A stretch of DNA of 63,468 nucleotides from Cystobasidiomycetes sp. EMM_F5 (taxonomy: Eukaryota). The notes under the pieces are model-generated. The model made no database searches, was not told the DNA's origin, and saw nothing but the letters and a program-made list of their open reading frames with translations. This document shows positions 50,012-63,468 of this stretch, piece after piece. The stretch spans positions 124,001 through 187,468 of the forward strand of contig JBPGPT010000031.1 in NCBI GenBank assembly GCA_051047955.1, written 5' to 3'. Position numbers and translations under genes: made by a program. The first letter of the stretch is position 1. Every line of letters begins with the position of its first letter.

Positions 50012-52130
50012 CTACGGTCGGCCTGCTGCTAAAGCTGCCGAATTTTTGCGTCGACATTTGAGCAGCTCCTTCTTGAGTGCATTGCCGTCCAGCGGTTTCA
50101 TGAGCTCAAATGCGCACAACAAGTCATCGTTAACGCTCATGATTCCGCCAAAGTTATCGAATTCTATCGTTCACCATGTGTCGCATCAGTTCAGCATATT
50201 GAATGTCAAGCGACCATTACGTACCGCCGCAATAGTTGGGTGCCGAAAAGATTGTAACCAAAGTGCGCTCGTTCCAGAACTGGTGACAAACTCAGCAAGA
50301 AATTGTCCCATATTCAGACTGCGCTCACTTCGTATCCATCTTCAACGACCATATGAGCGCGGCAGATCAGGTCGAAGTCGTATTTGGCCAAAAAGTCTGC
50401 AATGACGGCTTTGCCAAAGCAGTAGCTGACACCACGCTCGTTGTCCTCCCAATCTAGTGCGGTATCGCTCGGATCGCTCCACAACAAGTCATTGAGTAGG
50501 CCATAGTCGGGTACGTCAGTCGGTCGGGCGATCCGACGGATGTCGTCCATCGATGACAGGGAAGGGGACAGTCCGCCGTGGACGCAGAAAATCTTGCCTG
50601 CCACGAGTGCTGTGATCGGAAGGCAATTGAACACATCTACAAATGTCTTCCAAACTTTGATATTGCATCGCCGCTTGCACTCATCGTAAAAGCCGTATAC
50701 TGCATGAGGATAGAATATGGTTAGTCTACATACTCTATGTTTCGATACTCATACGGCCTACCTCTGGTAACATTGGCGCATTCGTGATTACCGCGAAGGA
50801 GGAAGAAGTTTTCAGGATACTTCACTTTGTAGCATAGCAAGAGGAGAATAGTTTCAAGGCTTTGCTTGCCACGATCGACATAATCTCCGAGGAAGAGGTA
50901 ATTTGATTTCGGAGGGAAGCCACACATTTCAAACAGACGGATAAGATCCCAGTACTGGCCATGTATGTCACCCACGATCTTGACGGGCGGGGATAGCTCG
51001 ACTAGCGTGGGTTGCGAGAGAAACACTTCCCGTGCCGCAGAGCAGATTGCTGTAATCTCGGTATTCTTCAAGCAGACGCCCTTTGTGAGCTTACTGCTGT
51101 AGCCGGCCTCGAGGAGACGAGCAATCATGTCGTCGATGTCAAAAGCACGCGGCGCCCCGTTGGCCGATTCTGTTCCGCTGCCCGACCGGCCGTTGGGGAG
51201 GATAGACGATACGACGGGCGATATGGGGCCAGAAGAGGAGGAGGAGGGCAAGACAGACGAGATTGCCGCAGCCAACCCGGACGACGGTTGAGGAAGAGGG
51301 TTTGCAAGAATCGTGTGCGTCGTCGGGATGTCTGGGTGAGATGATTGAGCATTACGAGTAGCTGTAGATTGACCATTACTCGGAGCATTCATTGATGATA
51401 GAGAGGAGCTAGAAGTACGCTTGCGTGTCGGAGACTTTGGAATATCTCCATCGTCAAGTTCTTCTGTGTCGTCGGATATGTTGGACACGTTGCCCTTGCC
51501 CTTGCCGTTGTCTGTACTGGATTGAGGGAATCTATGCCTGGCGTGGGAGGGGGAATGGCCGCCCGAGAAGGGAGTCTCTGGCATTGCTGATTCGTCGACT
51601 TCTTCGTCTGTGAGTGCTCCTACGCTAGCAGCAACGTTGGAAGCGCCTGCGTCATCGTCTGTCGAGATATTTGTGGCAGCGGTACTGCTTCCCAGGCTGC
51701 TGCTTGCACCGCCGGGGTTGAAACGGGAGTTTGACGAAGATGACGGAGTGATTTGAGAGGGAGTGGTGGTATTAGTGTTAGGCGCAGTGTTAGCCTGTGG
51801 AATGCCAATTGGCACCCGAACTGTCGTCGAGCTGGATATCCCCGCAGGTTGTGAGCCAGCTCCCGTCAGTTTGGGCGTGTTTGGGGCGGATGAGCTGGCA
51901 CTTGACGGTATTCCTGGGTTACTGGATACAGCTGAATTGCTCGCATTGCCGGAATTGGCTGCATTGCTCGCCGTCGTCGACGCTGAAGTCCTACGACTTG
52001 AAGTGCCCCCAGCTGCCCGTTTGGCGGACGACGACGAGGCGGACGACGAGGACGCAGTGTTATTCCCATTGCTGCTAGCGCTACTGCTGCTCCCTCCACC
52101 GCTCAGCAAGTTCTTCCAAAACGACGGCAT
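50012..52130 (-). CDS. PPZ1: PPZ-type Ser/Thr protein phosphatase (PP1-like catalytic domain with long Ser-rich N-terminus)
   Basis: [37 protein letters not shown] (Ppz-type), [32 protein letters not shown]. Confidence 0.9.
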
Positions 52131-53196
52131 CTCGTATCGTTTGGCTGACGGGACCCGATATTTGGCACTCGATGGGAGCCGCTGGCTGGCTGGTTGGGCG
52201 ACTGGCGTCCCTTGCAGCCTCAGCTAGTATCATGTATTGTAGCGCAGGTCTCGCTTTCAGGTTGCGTTTGCATTCATTTGGCGCGGAGCAAAGCAATCAG
52301 ACACGTCGAAATTGGATAGTGATATTGCAGAGACTCGGCTGACGACTGACAACGCAGACGCAGAGTATACTACCCTACACAGTAACTGGAAAGCATTCGA
52401 ACTCTCGCACGGGCTGGGAACCAGAGCAATGCCGGCGGAGAAAGAAGCCCCGCTTCAAAGGACAGACCATCGCTGAGACAGATCTGGCTTGCCTTTCGTG
52501 TTCGTATCTACCATCGTCGCGTTTTACTCTTGTAAACGCTTCTCGTTCTTTGTTCTCGCTACCCCATCGACGGCCATGCCTTTCTCCTGGCAGTTGCGAA
52601 GAAACGAAAAGCAGCGTAAATTTGCATCGTGCTGTCCATCAGTACTTCTGAATGTGCGCGTCAGTGCGCGTTAGTGCGAGAAGGTGTGGGAAGTGTCCCA
52701 TCGTGCAATATTCAGTGACTGGGCAAAATAAGTATGTGACGCGAAGCACGCAGATCAGCTGCAGAAATCCAGATGGTATCGGCGGCTTAGCCGTCAGACA
52801 TGGGCGGGACGTTGGCTCGCACACCATATGCACAGTGTGCCCTGTGTCTCTGTGCAACGGAGTATGCACTGACCTGTTGTCGGTCAGTACAGTCGCTGCT
52901 CGCGATACTGCAGGAATGGGATGGGTCACAGCACCCTCAGGCAAGCGTGCACGAGAGTATTACGTATCGAGTTTACCTGGCTCCGTCTAGACTGCCCAGC
53001 AAACCAGGGTGGTGTATGCCCCGCTTTTTCAGGACCCGTCGGCGGTAATCCAGGCGTCAAGACGGCATGCAAAGACCCGTCGCCGTTTGTTAGAGTCAGC
53101 CATTGATTAATATCGTCAGCTCTTTTCATCATAACCCATTAGCCATTCAAACTCTGGATTTGAAGTGTCACAGGTCAGTCCTGCACCAAATCAGCA

Positions 53197-56191
53197 ATGG
53201 CCAGCAGCCCAGTCCACGTCGAGGAAAACCAGCCGCCAGCCCAGCCAGCGCCAATCAACCGGCGGGCGTCTGCTGGGTCGCTCGCCCCGACGCTCGTCGA
53301 CGAGGATATCGACTTTGAGGACAATGTCGAGGCGTTTGAGATTGAGCCCGGCGTTGATGTTGGGCGAGCGCAGTTTGACGATATTTTCCCAGACGGGGAG
53401 CCGCTGGACGCGACCGTCGCAGACTGGTGCACCGACAGGGTGAGGTGCCGCCAGAACGTCGACAGAGAGGCCTTCAGACGGTTCCTCGAAGCGCCCAGGC
53501 CAGCGTGGAGTAGGGTTCGCTGGATCAACCTCGACGGGATCCAGTGGTCGTCGTTCAAGCTCCTCGCGGCAAAGTACGACTTGCAGTGGGTTGCGGGGCA
53601 TTTTAGACGGTGGACGATGTATCTGATGATTGGGTTTTGTTGTATTTCAAAGTCCATTGGCAGTGGAAGGCGAGCGGGGATCTGCTTGGAAACTGCTAAT
53701 GACCCGCAATTCTGACTGACGAGGTGCACAGACTGTCTCCACGTTTTCGACAAGAATGCTCGCTCCAAGACTGACTTTTTCGCACAGCATATGCGAGTTT
53801 ATCCTACTTTCACTCAATATGCTGCTATGCACTGACTCTTGCCCTCACAGCTTCATGCGCTTGATTCTGCTACAGCTCGCGCACCAAGAAGACCATTCCG
53901 ACGACAGCTCCGTTTCCGACTCGGATGACGATCAATACGACCAACACGCTCACCTCAGCACAGGTCAGTCTGCAGAGGAGTCTAGAAGCGACAGACACCG
54001 CCATCACGCCCTTCGCGCACGACTGCGCGACCAAATCAACAATACTCCACCTCTCCATACTCCCATCACAAGCAGTAAGGACCCCAACCATCTGGCTGTG
54101 CCCATGACAGCTTCATCCTCATCAGAGACCACTAGTCCTGCGGCCACAGCTGCAAATCTGCGACGCAGATCATCTGCCTACGCCAAAGTGCAACGCGAGC
54201 GAGAGGCCCTGCAGTCTCTGCGCGTCAGCAGAACCACAGGGCGTCTCAGTATGGCTAAACCAAGGCGGTCGTACAAGTCTCGCAGGGCTAGCAGCGGTCC
54301 TTCTTCGACTGCTAGCGGTGATGCTAGTGCTCGCCAAACGCTCGTCCATGTTGCCAACAAGGATGATACCGCAAAGACGAGCGGTTCCATATTCGGCAGA
54401 ATGTGGACGAGGCTGTTTGCGAAAATGCCTAGCTCTTCGAATAGCCGTCTTGGCAACGGACGGATCGGCACAGCAAGCTTCTCCGCCAGGACATCGGCTA
54501 GAATTAATACCATTGACCGTGCTCATGTGCAAAACTTGGGACGAGAGGAAGCTTCAGTAGGCGTTACCAGTCAGGATGTAGAGGAGGATCCTTTCGAACA
54601 TCGCCGCGATGTAAACGAGGCGGACGAGGACATGGATCTCGAAGCAATGTCCAAAGGCGTTGAGGAGGCCATGGCTCATGGCAGAGAAGGGTGCACAGAG
54701 GAAGATCTCCACTATGCTGCCAAAGCGACCGTCAAACGCCTTACCCACGAATTCCGATTGCCTTGGGAGCGGCAGACGCTGAGCGTCTTTCTCACAAAGG
54801 ATGGGACAGTGATTACGATATGGAGCAAAGGAGGTGCCAACGTCGTACCAAGTATTGTTGCACGATTGCGATCCAAGGATACTATACTCCGGAGCGCTGA
54901 GGACCCTTCGATGTTGCTGCAAGCTATTCTGGATACCGTCGTCGACCGCGCTCTCGACCTGGCAGACTCGCTGCGGATCAAGGTCACTATGGTGCGAGAA
55001 CATTCCTTTATTCCCGCTAGTCTCGTTGCTAATCGTGCTCGCACAGCTACAAGGAACCGCTCTTCTGTCGCCCGAAGTTAAAAATGTTCGGCAGCTGCTT
55101 GTACTAAGGGATCAGCTGTCTGTGATGAGGCTCGTGATGCAGCCTCTTCAGAAGTAAGCGCAGCTTACGACTGTCATGCGCTTCACGGCTGACTTGCAAT
55201 GACAAAAGTTTGATTGCCAGTTTACGGGCCTCAGAAGATGGCAAGGAAGGACGCATGGTAAGTTATGCTCAGATCTCAGCTACCTTGGGTATTGATAGAT
55301 CTATGTTCCAATAGAACCGCTCGATCGGAATGCGCCATATGCCAAGTACCTTTTCCAGCGGGGACGCGAAAGGCGTCTCCATCTCCCCGCTCGCTATCCA
55401 GTATTTGGGCGATGTCTATGACCATATAGAGTCAGTGATAGCGTCCACAGAGGCCGCCATCGCCTCGTGCGAGCAATTAGAAGACTACGTCTTCAACATG
55501 CTTTCGTGGGTCTCTGTGCACTCAAAGCAAGCCTGGCAACAGCTTAAATGCTTCTCTACTGCTCAGATTCAGTGCCAACGAGACGATGAAGTACGTATAC
55601 CGTATGCCGGTCATTTCAGGGTCGACACTGACGGATTCTGGCTGATTCATCACATGTTGCAAGACAATTGACGGTCGTGAGCATCATATTCCTTCCTTTA
55701 ACGTTCTTAAGCGGATACTACGGGCAAGTGGCGTATTTCCAAGGTTCTACGAGCCGTTCTGACGTTGTATCACATCTCCAGGATGAACTTTACGGACTTT
55801 GGTAGGTGGCGGCAGGATTCGACGTGAGACTGGGCTCATGCTGATGCAGCTGACGAAAATCGCTTGTATACGTGTTTGGAACGAGCAGGACAGCTGGACA
55901 ACAGCGTGCTTACGTTTTGGAGTATTGCCGCGTGAGCGTCGTTTCCGACCCGATGGACGGCAGCATACGCCGTGACTGACAGTGATACGTCTGCTTCACC
56001 CAGTCCTGTGACACTGGGTATCCTTCTCCTGTTAGCATTCCCTGACATTATGCGATTTGGACGTATTGCGCGTCGACGGGTCATACATGCGCAGGCTTTG
56101 AAGGTGAGGCTGGATACATAGGTTACGGCCGATACTGATCAGCAAGGATATATAGCGTCGACGTACGAAGATGGCTGGCCGGAGAGCGTAG
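53197..56191 (+). CDS. CorA-family Mg2+/divalent-cation transporter
   Basis: [61 protein letters not shown]. The GMN motif is restored only via GC-AG intron 55724-55781. Confidence 0.9.
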
Positions 56192-56557
56192 AGAGAAAAG
56201 GCGTCAAGACCAAATAATTGCGGGCCTGTCGAAATTGTGGCAGAGAAGGATCGGCAGCTTGGAGTGAGCGTAGACGGCCTCGCACCGCCAGTGAGAGCAA
56301 TGCACGTCTACTTCAGTACAGCGATACATATCTTTGGCGACTCCTGGCGATTCCTGGCAAATCTCCGCTTGCCGTCTTCAGGAGGAGTGATTAGCTGTCA
56401 GCGAGTGTGAACGGGATACGTTTCAAAACAATACCATTGGAGTGGAAGCGGTGTGGTTGTTCGATGTAGTTGCCCGCTTTGCCGTATTGCAGGATATAAC
56501 CACGAGCCCCATCACGGCTGCCCCAACCAACGCCCATCTTTCGAGCGCCCATCCGCG

Positions 56558-58391
56558 ATGGTCATTCCGCCAGTACATCCCGCCGTTCCAGCTGCGGCCC
56601 ACCTCTTGCCTGGCATCAAAGCCTGGTCGACGTCCGTTGCCCAAGGTATCGCTGGGCTGGACTTGCAAAAGCTGGGTGTTCTCCCAGCGAGCTTGACGAG
56701 CTTCGAGGCGGTCAAGGTGAGATTCGAGTGATCATTCTGTACGGCGTAGGGCTGTCGAAGCTTGCCCGATGCAGCAGACCCCGCCAGCTGGCTTGGATAT
56801 CTTCTTCCGATGCCGTCATTGTCCAGAAAACTGACCATTTTTGTGCGCCGACTGACGCTAGAACTGGTACATCTCGACGGACCCTCTCCACTCGTCGCTG
56901 ACGTTTGCAGCCTTCCTCTCGGCGTTCGCGTTCGTTCTCGGCCAGGCGACCAACAATGCCTCGACCGTAGACAGGATGTGGGCAACCCTGCCCGCAATCT
57001 ACTCTGCCCACTTTGCGATGCACAGTCACTGGACGAGCGCCGGTCGGGTAGCCCAGCTCTTTGGGGGAAAATCGACTGGCGGCTCGTCCCTGTTTAGCAA
57101 GATTGTGCCAAGCGGCGTCGATGACCGCATGTTTCTCGTATTCCTGCTCCAGATACTCTGGTCGATACGCTTGACAGGAAACACTCTCCGCAGAGGTTTC
57201 TTTGACTTCAAGGCAGAGGTATGCCTGACAGGCTATGCAAGTTGACTGCACAGGTCGCCTGACTACAGAACTCTGACAGGACTATCGATGGCCATATGTC
57301 CGCAAAATTATGCCAAGATGGCTATGGGTCTTCTTCGACCTGACCTTTATATCGATTACCCAAAATGTGCTTCTGCTCTCTACCGCAGTATGTCCGCGAT
57401 CTTGCTTTGATCAGCCAGAATCTAAACGAGACGTATTACACAGCTCACGCAGTATCTACTACTCAGTCAGTAGGACGACGTCAGCGCGGATGGACCTGGC
57501 TGATGCGGGCTCTCTACTTATCAGCCTCTACTCGTGCTTATCACCCCAGTACTGCGACAACGCCTCTCGGATGGCCAGACTTTGCAATCGCTGGCCTCTT
57601 CGTTGCCAATCTACTTGTCGAGCAGGTAAGAGGCAAACGACTCCCATGTCTCCTTTCAAGAAACATCTGACTGCTGACCAAACAAACAGACTGCAGATTT
57701 ACAGCAACAGGCTTTCCAGAACTGGAAGCATGGAAAAGCGATGAAAGAAGGTAAAGGGGCTCGCATGCTTGCGGGTGCATCCGCTCGGCAGGTAGAGGTA
57801 GATGAAGGTCACTTGCGACGTGGGTTCGTTACATCGGGCTTGTGGGCATGGAGCCGTCATCCCGTATGTGTAAAACTTCATTCATGCTTGAAGGCCGAGC
57901 GGCTAACGCTTCACTGCAGAACTTCTTGTGCGAGCAGCTGAATTTCTGGATACTATCTTTGTTTACATGGCGCGCAACCGTTCCTCACGCCGTTTTCGAA
58001 GAAATTTGGCAATCCGCCAAGGCCAGCTTGACTCAGAGGCAACCAGAAATAATCATCCGTACCATCAAGGCTGCGTCCCCTCACTTGTTCAACTACTCGT
58101 GGTATGCGGCGATTGCAATGACGAGCTTGTTCATTTCATCTACGACCCTCACCGAATGGATCAGCAATGGCAAATATCCCAAATACCGTGCCTACCAACG
58201 CCGCGTTGGAATGTTCCTGTATGTTTGGCAGGCATTGCGCTGGGGCAGAGCCTGTGATGCTAATTGTTTCTATGTTGTCGATCTTTAGCCCATCGATGAC
58301 ACTAGTCAAAGCGACATGGTTGGCCATCACGGGGCAACTCGCAACAGTCAACGAGGAAGTATGGGGTTCAGGCAAAGCCAAAACTACGTAA
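56558..58391 (+). CDS. DUF1295 family membrane protein (steroid 5-alpha-reductase-like)
   Basis: TGNVSTVDRMW, WSIRLTGNTLRRG, EDYRWPYVR, ADLQQQAFQ, GFVTSGLWAWSRHPNFLCEQ, STTLTEWISNGKYPKYRAYQRRVGMF. Confidence 0.9.
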
Positions 58392-58591
58392 CAACGGCTA
58401 TGTACGAGCTACTAGCCAATGTCAGCCTATTCCAAATGTAGCCAGACTGGGTATGCGAAAGCATTCCTCGATAGTCTGCGAAAAGGCTGAATGAATACTG
58501 CGGGCACCAAACAATTATAACCATCATCTTGACCACGACGCATCGATCAGTTCTGCAACGACAAGTACAACGGCAAACAATCTTGTATCGC

Positions 58592-60695
58592 TCAAGCGAA
58601 GCGATCTAATGCACTGCAGGTGGTTTTCGAATTGGCTTTATTGCTGATGCGGGCAGCTTCACGACGCTGCTCAAGCAGTTCCCGAACTTGCATTGTTCTT
58701 GCATCTATGATCGTCTTCTTCCTTCGCATGATCCGTTTCAAGACTTTGTTCTTTCCCCTCGGTTTGCGTGGCTTTGTCATCTCGGCGCCGGGCTCGCCTG
58801 CAGCGACAGACTCGTCAACTACCTCGTCGTCGTCCCCTTCATCGAGACCATTCATCTTCAATCGCTCTATGCGTGATAACGCGGCGAATGATACCGGACG
58901 CGCCTGCGCAAGACCCGCAAGGGCTTTTGATCTTGAGTCTAGACCGTGGAGGATGTCCTTCGGTGCCTTGCGCTCACTGATCCGGCCAATCAATTCTGGA
59001 TCGAGTAGAATCTGGTCTGGCTGAAGCTTGTCCAACAAACTAATAACTTCTCCTTCCCTTCTAGCCTTTTTGGATCCATATGGATCTAGCTCCAGCGAGT
59101 CGTAGTTGGCTTCACCCGCACCAGGTATAATGAGGGAAGAAAAGCCTCTTGCATGCCCTACGCCCAACACGTCTTCAAATGGGCAGAATGAGATGCTTTG
59201 AACCGCAGTCGACGGGAAGAGCTGGGTCATGTAAGGCCCAGGAGCGCGTTCGGCGTTTCGCGTCACATCTGTGTACACCTGTTGAAATACGTCTAAGATC
59301 AGGTCCATGACTGTAGTATAAGAGGTAAGATAACCCCACGGTAACGTGGTTGCCCCATCCCGCAGAGAGAAGCCCTTTATCACTGAAGGACAGACTTGAT
59401 GCGGGCCGCTGCAGCCTCCATTCATTGATGGCTGCCCACTTCCTCACATCCCACACTTTCATTGATCCGTCCAAGCCAGCGCTGGCAAAGTATATGCCGG
59501 ATGATGAAGCATCGACGGCCAGAGAGGCGACTGGACCTGTATGAGCCAGCATCGTTACTTGTGCGGTAGAAATGTTTGGTGTCCACATTGTGACTGTTCC
59601 ATTTGCATGGCCGAGGGAGATGACACCGGTATGCTTGTTTTGGGCCATTACGTGACAGGGGCCGAGCTTTGTCCGATGTTCAGCCACGACGGCACCAGTT
59701 GACGTGTCTTGATATCGAAGGAAGCCTGGGTTGCCCTTTAAGCGAAAATGTCACGATGCACATCAACAACGATCAGATATACTCTCTCCCTGTGACCCGT
59801 ATTGCAACACTTACGATGCTAGACAAGAGAAAATGATGTCGCAAGAATTCCAAGCGATTGACCTCGATATGATTGCGTAGCTGATGTATCTCGAGGCCGT
59901 CTTTGTCGTAGATGTAGACGTACTTCTTCTGCGCAGCAGCAAAGAAGGAAGCGTTGTGTAGCCAGCAGACGTCCCGCACGGTCTCCTTGAGCTGCACTTC
60001 TGTTCCCAGCTTGCCCGTATGCCAATCGAACGTAGCGACATGCCCTTTCCGGCCCGCGATTGCCAATTGTCTGCACAAGCGAATGAAGCGAATGACACGT
60101 TCGTGAGCGGCACACTGCAGAAAGAAAATCTTGGACGAACCTGCCATCTGCGCTGTAGTCGAAAGTATACGGGCCGAGCTCGTTCAGGTCGATGGTAAAA
60201 TTCTTTGCAGCTGTACCCTGTCCGACATTGTCGAGTATCTCCTTCTGCGAGACTCTCCACGTTCTCTCGAGCTCATCTTCAGCCTGCAGCCTACTGGAAG
60301 ATGGCCCCGGTAGCAGGAGATCGTCATGCTCGTAAGCTGCCATTGCGGAATTTTGCTGCGTCGCGGCAAGGGATGAAAGGTGGGAGGCAAGTTTCTTGTT
60401 TTGCTGGTGGAGACATGAGCAGAGTCAGTACACAATGGCTGAGCTCTGTCCCGTAGCCACAACAGAAGCCAGCCTGACCTACAGATGCTGTTTTGACATC
60501 TGCTCCGCGAATGTACTTTTTGAATTGCGCTTTCGATGGAGCGTATGAAGGTATCGCATCACGCTGATTGTCGTTGTCATCGTTGAGTACCGTCACTCCG
60601 TCTCCGTCTCTGGCTTTCCCTTTTCCCTTGTCGAGGCCGACGTGATTGCGCTTTCGACGCTCGCTGCGAGCTGGCTTCTCTGAAGAATTCGACAT
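58592..60695 (-). CDS. UTP7: U3 snoRNP-associated WD40 protein Utp7 (WDR46, BING4CT domain)
   Basis: [49 protein letters not shown], and [35 protein letters not shown]. Confidence 0.95.
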
Positions 60696-63468
60696 TGCTG
60701 CAGACTGTGTGCGCGTTGCTGCGCAGACTGAAGGCTATGGTGGTCTGCTCAAGCGCGCTTCATCGCTGTCAGCATATTGTTCAGAAATCAACCTGGATCG
60801 AAGCAAAGCTTGCTTCTTGACGGTCGACCGAATGAAGCGCCTGAAATAAGTCACTGACGGCACTGACGGCATAAAGATGACACTGCGAAGCTTGCGAACG
60901 ATGAAGTCTCGTCTCAGATCGGATGGTGTTCTTGCGAACAGTGTCGCCAGTCTTTCCTCGCGGACGAATGGCAGACATCAAGAGGTAACGAAGCTAGCAC
61001 ACCTTGCCGCGAGCCGCAAAACCGAAGTCCATACCCGCCTTCGAGATTACCGAAGTACTCCGGGCACGCCTTCTTTTGAAGGACTTACTTACGCTTGCCG
61101 CGAGCAAAAATACACTGTCGTATATCGACGCATATATAGGACCACTGCGACATGTACGATACTAGGCATCATGTGGGGTTGTAAGGCAATGGAAACACTA
61201 TGTCCCGGCTATTTGCAACAGAAACGCATGCCCCGGGTCACTTGGGTCTGTCACGACTCACAAGCGTATATGAAACGATCACCCTTCAGCGGGACACTTA
61301 CATGTACAGCGCTATTACAGCGCATTGTTGCTTGACCTAAAATTGATCAGCGTTCTTGTATCAGACTCCGCTCACTGATATGCGTGTCCACCTAGTCAAG
61401 TGCCACTGTCTAGCACTTCACAGAACATTGATATTGTAAAGCATCGTGCTAGAATTTGGAAGCGAACTGTTAGCGATGGCGTACTTTAACTAAAGGTGTT
61501 GACTGAAGGCGTTAGCTACCGAAATGGGATATCAGGCCGCATTGGCAGTTTCAATGTTGAGTTCACTAGTAACGATGAGGCTGCCGCCTCAAGTAGGCCA
61601 GGTTCGGAGTGTGGAATAGATCTATTTACCCAAAATCAACGGCCTTTGCGGCCGGTCAACGGTGGTCTGCTTCGATAATAACCTACACAGGCTACACTCT
61701 GCACTTCGGGTTTGATACATCAATAGCTTGGCTGAGAGACGTCGGTATTTTCGTGACTTCCGGGTTGTCCAATTCTTTATTTTAAAAGCGCAGTGCTCGA
61801 ACAAATGCGCTGCTATCTGTTTGAAGTACGTTTCCTTTATGTTAGAGTATTGGCATTCTGTCTGTAGTAATGTGGCGCCGGCTCGCTGTGCCGGTTTTCC
61901 GTTAAATCAGAACTTCCCCAAAAGCTGTTCAGATTGGTGAGGCGTGTTGCCAAAACACAACGGTCTGTAGAGCCAGTTTTATAAACGATCGATGCTTGGG
62001 AAAGTGCCAGTTCCTCCGGACCTGGCCAAAGGGGATGCAGGATTTGCAATCAGTTGCAAATTGTCAGCGGTCAGTGCGTTGAAGCGAGGACCCTAAATTA
62101 CAATCACCACAAAGGAATTATAATGGAAAGGCTCGCCCCTGCATAGAAAGGCTGCCTGCCTCTCTCGATCCAAGCTCATACGAGTCTAAACCGCCCCCGA
62201 TACTGGAAAATAGACCCCAATATCAGGCACATTCGGACCCCATAAGACTTCCGAGCCTTATAGCTGTAAGATCTGAGTAGCTTCGACACCTTGGCTTACA
62301 TTGTACGGTAGATGATAATCCTCTGATGATAATCCTCTTTGATGTCTCTGAAAATCTATACGCTGTGTCCGCTCCGTGCTGACATAATTTGCCAATCATG
62401 CGCTTTGACACGTCTACGCATCTGACGAGTATTGAATGGTGCTAAAAAATGCACATAACATCTGCATTTACTGTTCGTGCTGAGACCGGTTTACGATATA
62501 ACTACATTGCGGACAAATTTGTGTCTAGAAAATTTGACCAGACCTTACAAGACTACATACAACAGCTTGTCCCTCGTCGAAACATGAGCGTCATTGGCAT
62601 TATGTGACAATGTCTACGACTAGTTGCATCGCTATGTGACACTAATCACAGCCTTTCAAGTCCTAAAACAATAACTGCTTGAACTGGCTTACGCTGAAAT
62701 TTGTGCAGACCAATGACTTACGCTCTGCTGACAGACGAACGTCGCGTTCGCCATTTGATCTCTTTTTGCTCCACTTGTGGGACAATATACTGTTCATACT
62801 AAAAAATACTTAACAACCTGTTTTGTCCGCGCTTAGCGCAGAATCGTTATGCTAGTTCAAGGAAGGTTTGACCGAGTTTCTTTAGCAGAACACAATAGGG
62901 ATACACTTGCCAGCTCAGGGGTGCACTGTACTATCGCAGAAGCTAGAAATCTTCACATGACGGGAGGAATAGTGTAAAGATGCTGCAAGAGAAGCTAAAA
63001 TTGCGACTTACAGCAACGATCAACCTCAGTGCTGCCCTCGACCCAATTTTCTGAGCTACAAAAACCAAGGAATAGCCCATGGGGCAACATAGATTCATGA
63101 ACGTACGGCAGTAGAATTCTTTATTTTTGCGTAAAGACTGACATTTTTCGATTCGCGTATTACGGTAGATCGAAAGTTCGAGCTCGTTCGGGTCATGTAT
63201 CATACCTGCTCATCTTGCTGCATGTTTGGCTGCCATATGATAGATACGCATGTCACTGTAACATATAGCTCGTTTGAATGTAAATAAAACCAGTATGCAT
63301 TTATTCGGCAGCCTGCACGAATTTCTGACCGAGGCTTTCTTCCCGAAAATATAAAACCGATACAGCCATCTGTCAGCACTACTGAATATTAATCAACCCT
63401 GCTGAGTGCTAATCTTCAAAGTTTGGATTGATGGATTGATAAGAAAACAACAGCTAACCGCTAACTTA
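60696..63468. other. Gene-free, more AT-rich region
   Basis: No ORF with recognisable motifs or convincing exon chain over about 2.8 kb, unlike the rest of the window. Visibly more A/T runs. Confidence 0.55.

Noticed and set aside
60877..61335. 152-aa ORF in the terminal region
   Set aside because: No motifs, no supporting exons and atypical composition. Probably a chance ORF.
1..63468. tRNA, rRNA, CRISPR arrays, transposases/RT, telomeric repeats, and TGA-CTA readthrough to PTS1 signals
   Set aside because: None recognised by eye, and the stop contexts I checked showed no readthrough PTS1. Intronic snoRNAs cannot be excluded without an Rfam/Infernal search.

Overview
Compact, intron-rich eukaryotic DNA. 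Introns are mostly 55-120 nt (GT..CTRAC..YAG) and intergenic gaps are often under 200 bp. Gene content and intron style point to a basidiomycete fungus, possibly a Pucciniomycotina-type yeast (inference). I reconstructed 27 spliced genes by hand between 26 and 60695: FCY1, a small predicted mitochondrial membrane protein, PSD1, a Pib2-like FYVE protein, GET3, SRP68, a protein with about 7 dsRBDs, SEC20, UBA1, an RWDD2-like protein, two tandem DXO/Rai1-like nucleases, two MFS transporters, a kinesin-7-like motor, RPC25, a secreted EVPQEHSH protein, an Smr protein with a CaaX box, RRP36, two tandem orphan membrane proteins, a class II DAHP synthase, a SEC14-like protein, a PPZ-type phosphatase, a CorA-type transporter, a DUF1295 protein and UTP7. 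A gene-free, more AT-rich tail of about 2.8 kb follows. I saw no tRNA, rRNA, CRISPR array or intact transposon. The most notable items are the DXO/Rai1-like pair, the non-catalytic multi-dsRBD protein, the orphan membrane pair with a gene-conversion-like tract, a terminal micro-exon supplying the last Phe of the Pib2-like WSTF motif, and four GC-AG introns. Gene ends are hand-spliced and may be off by small exons.
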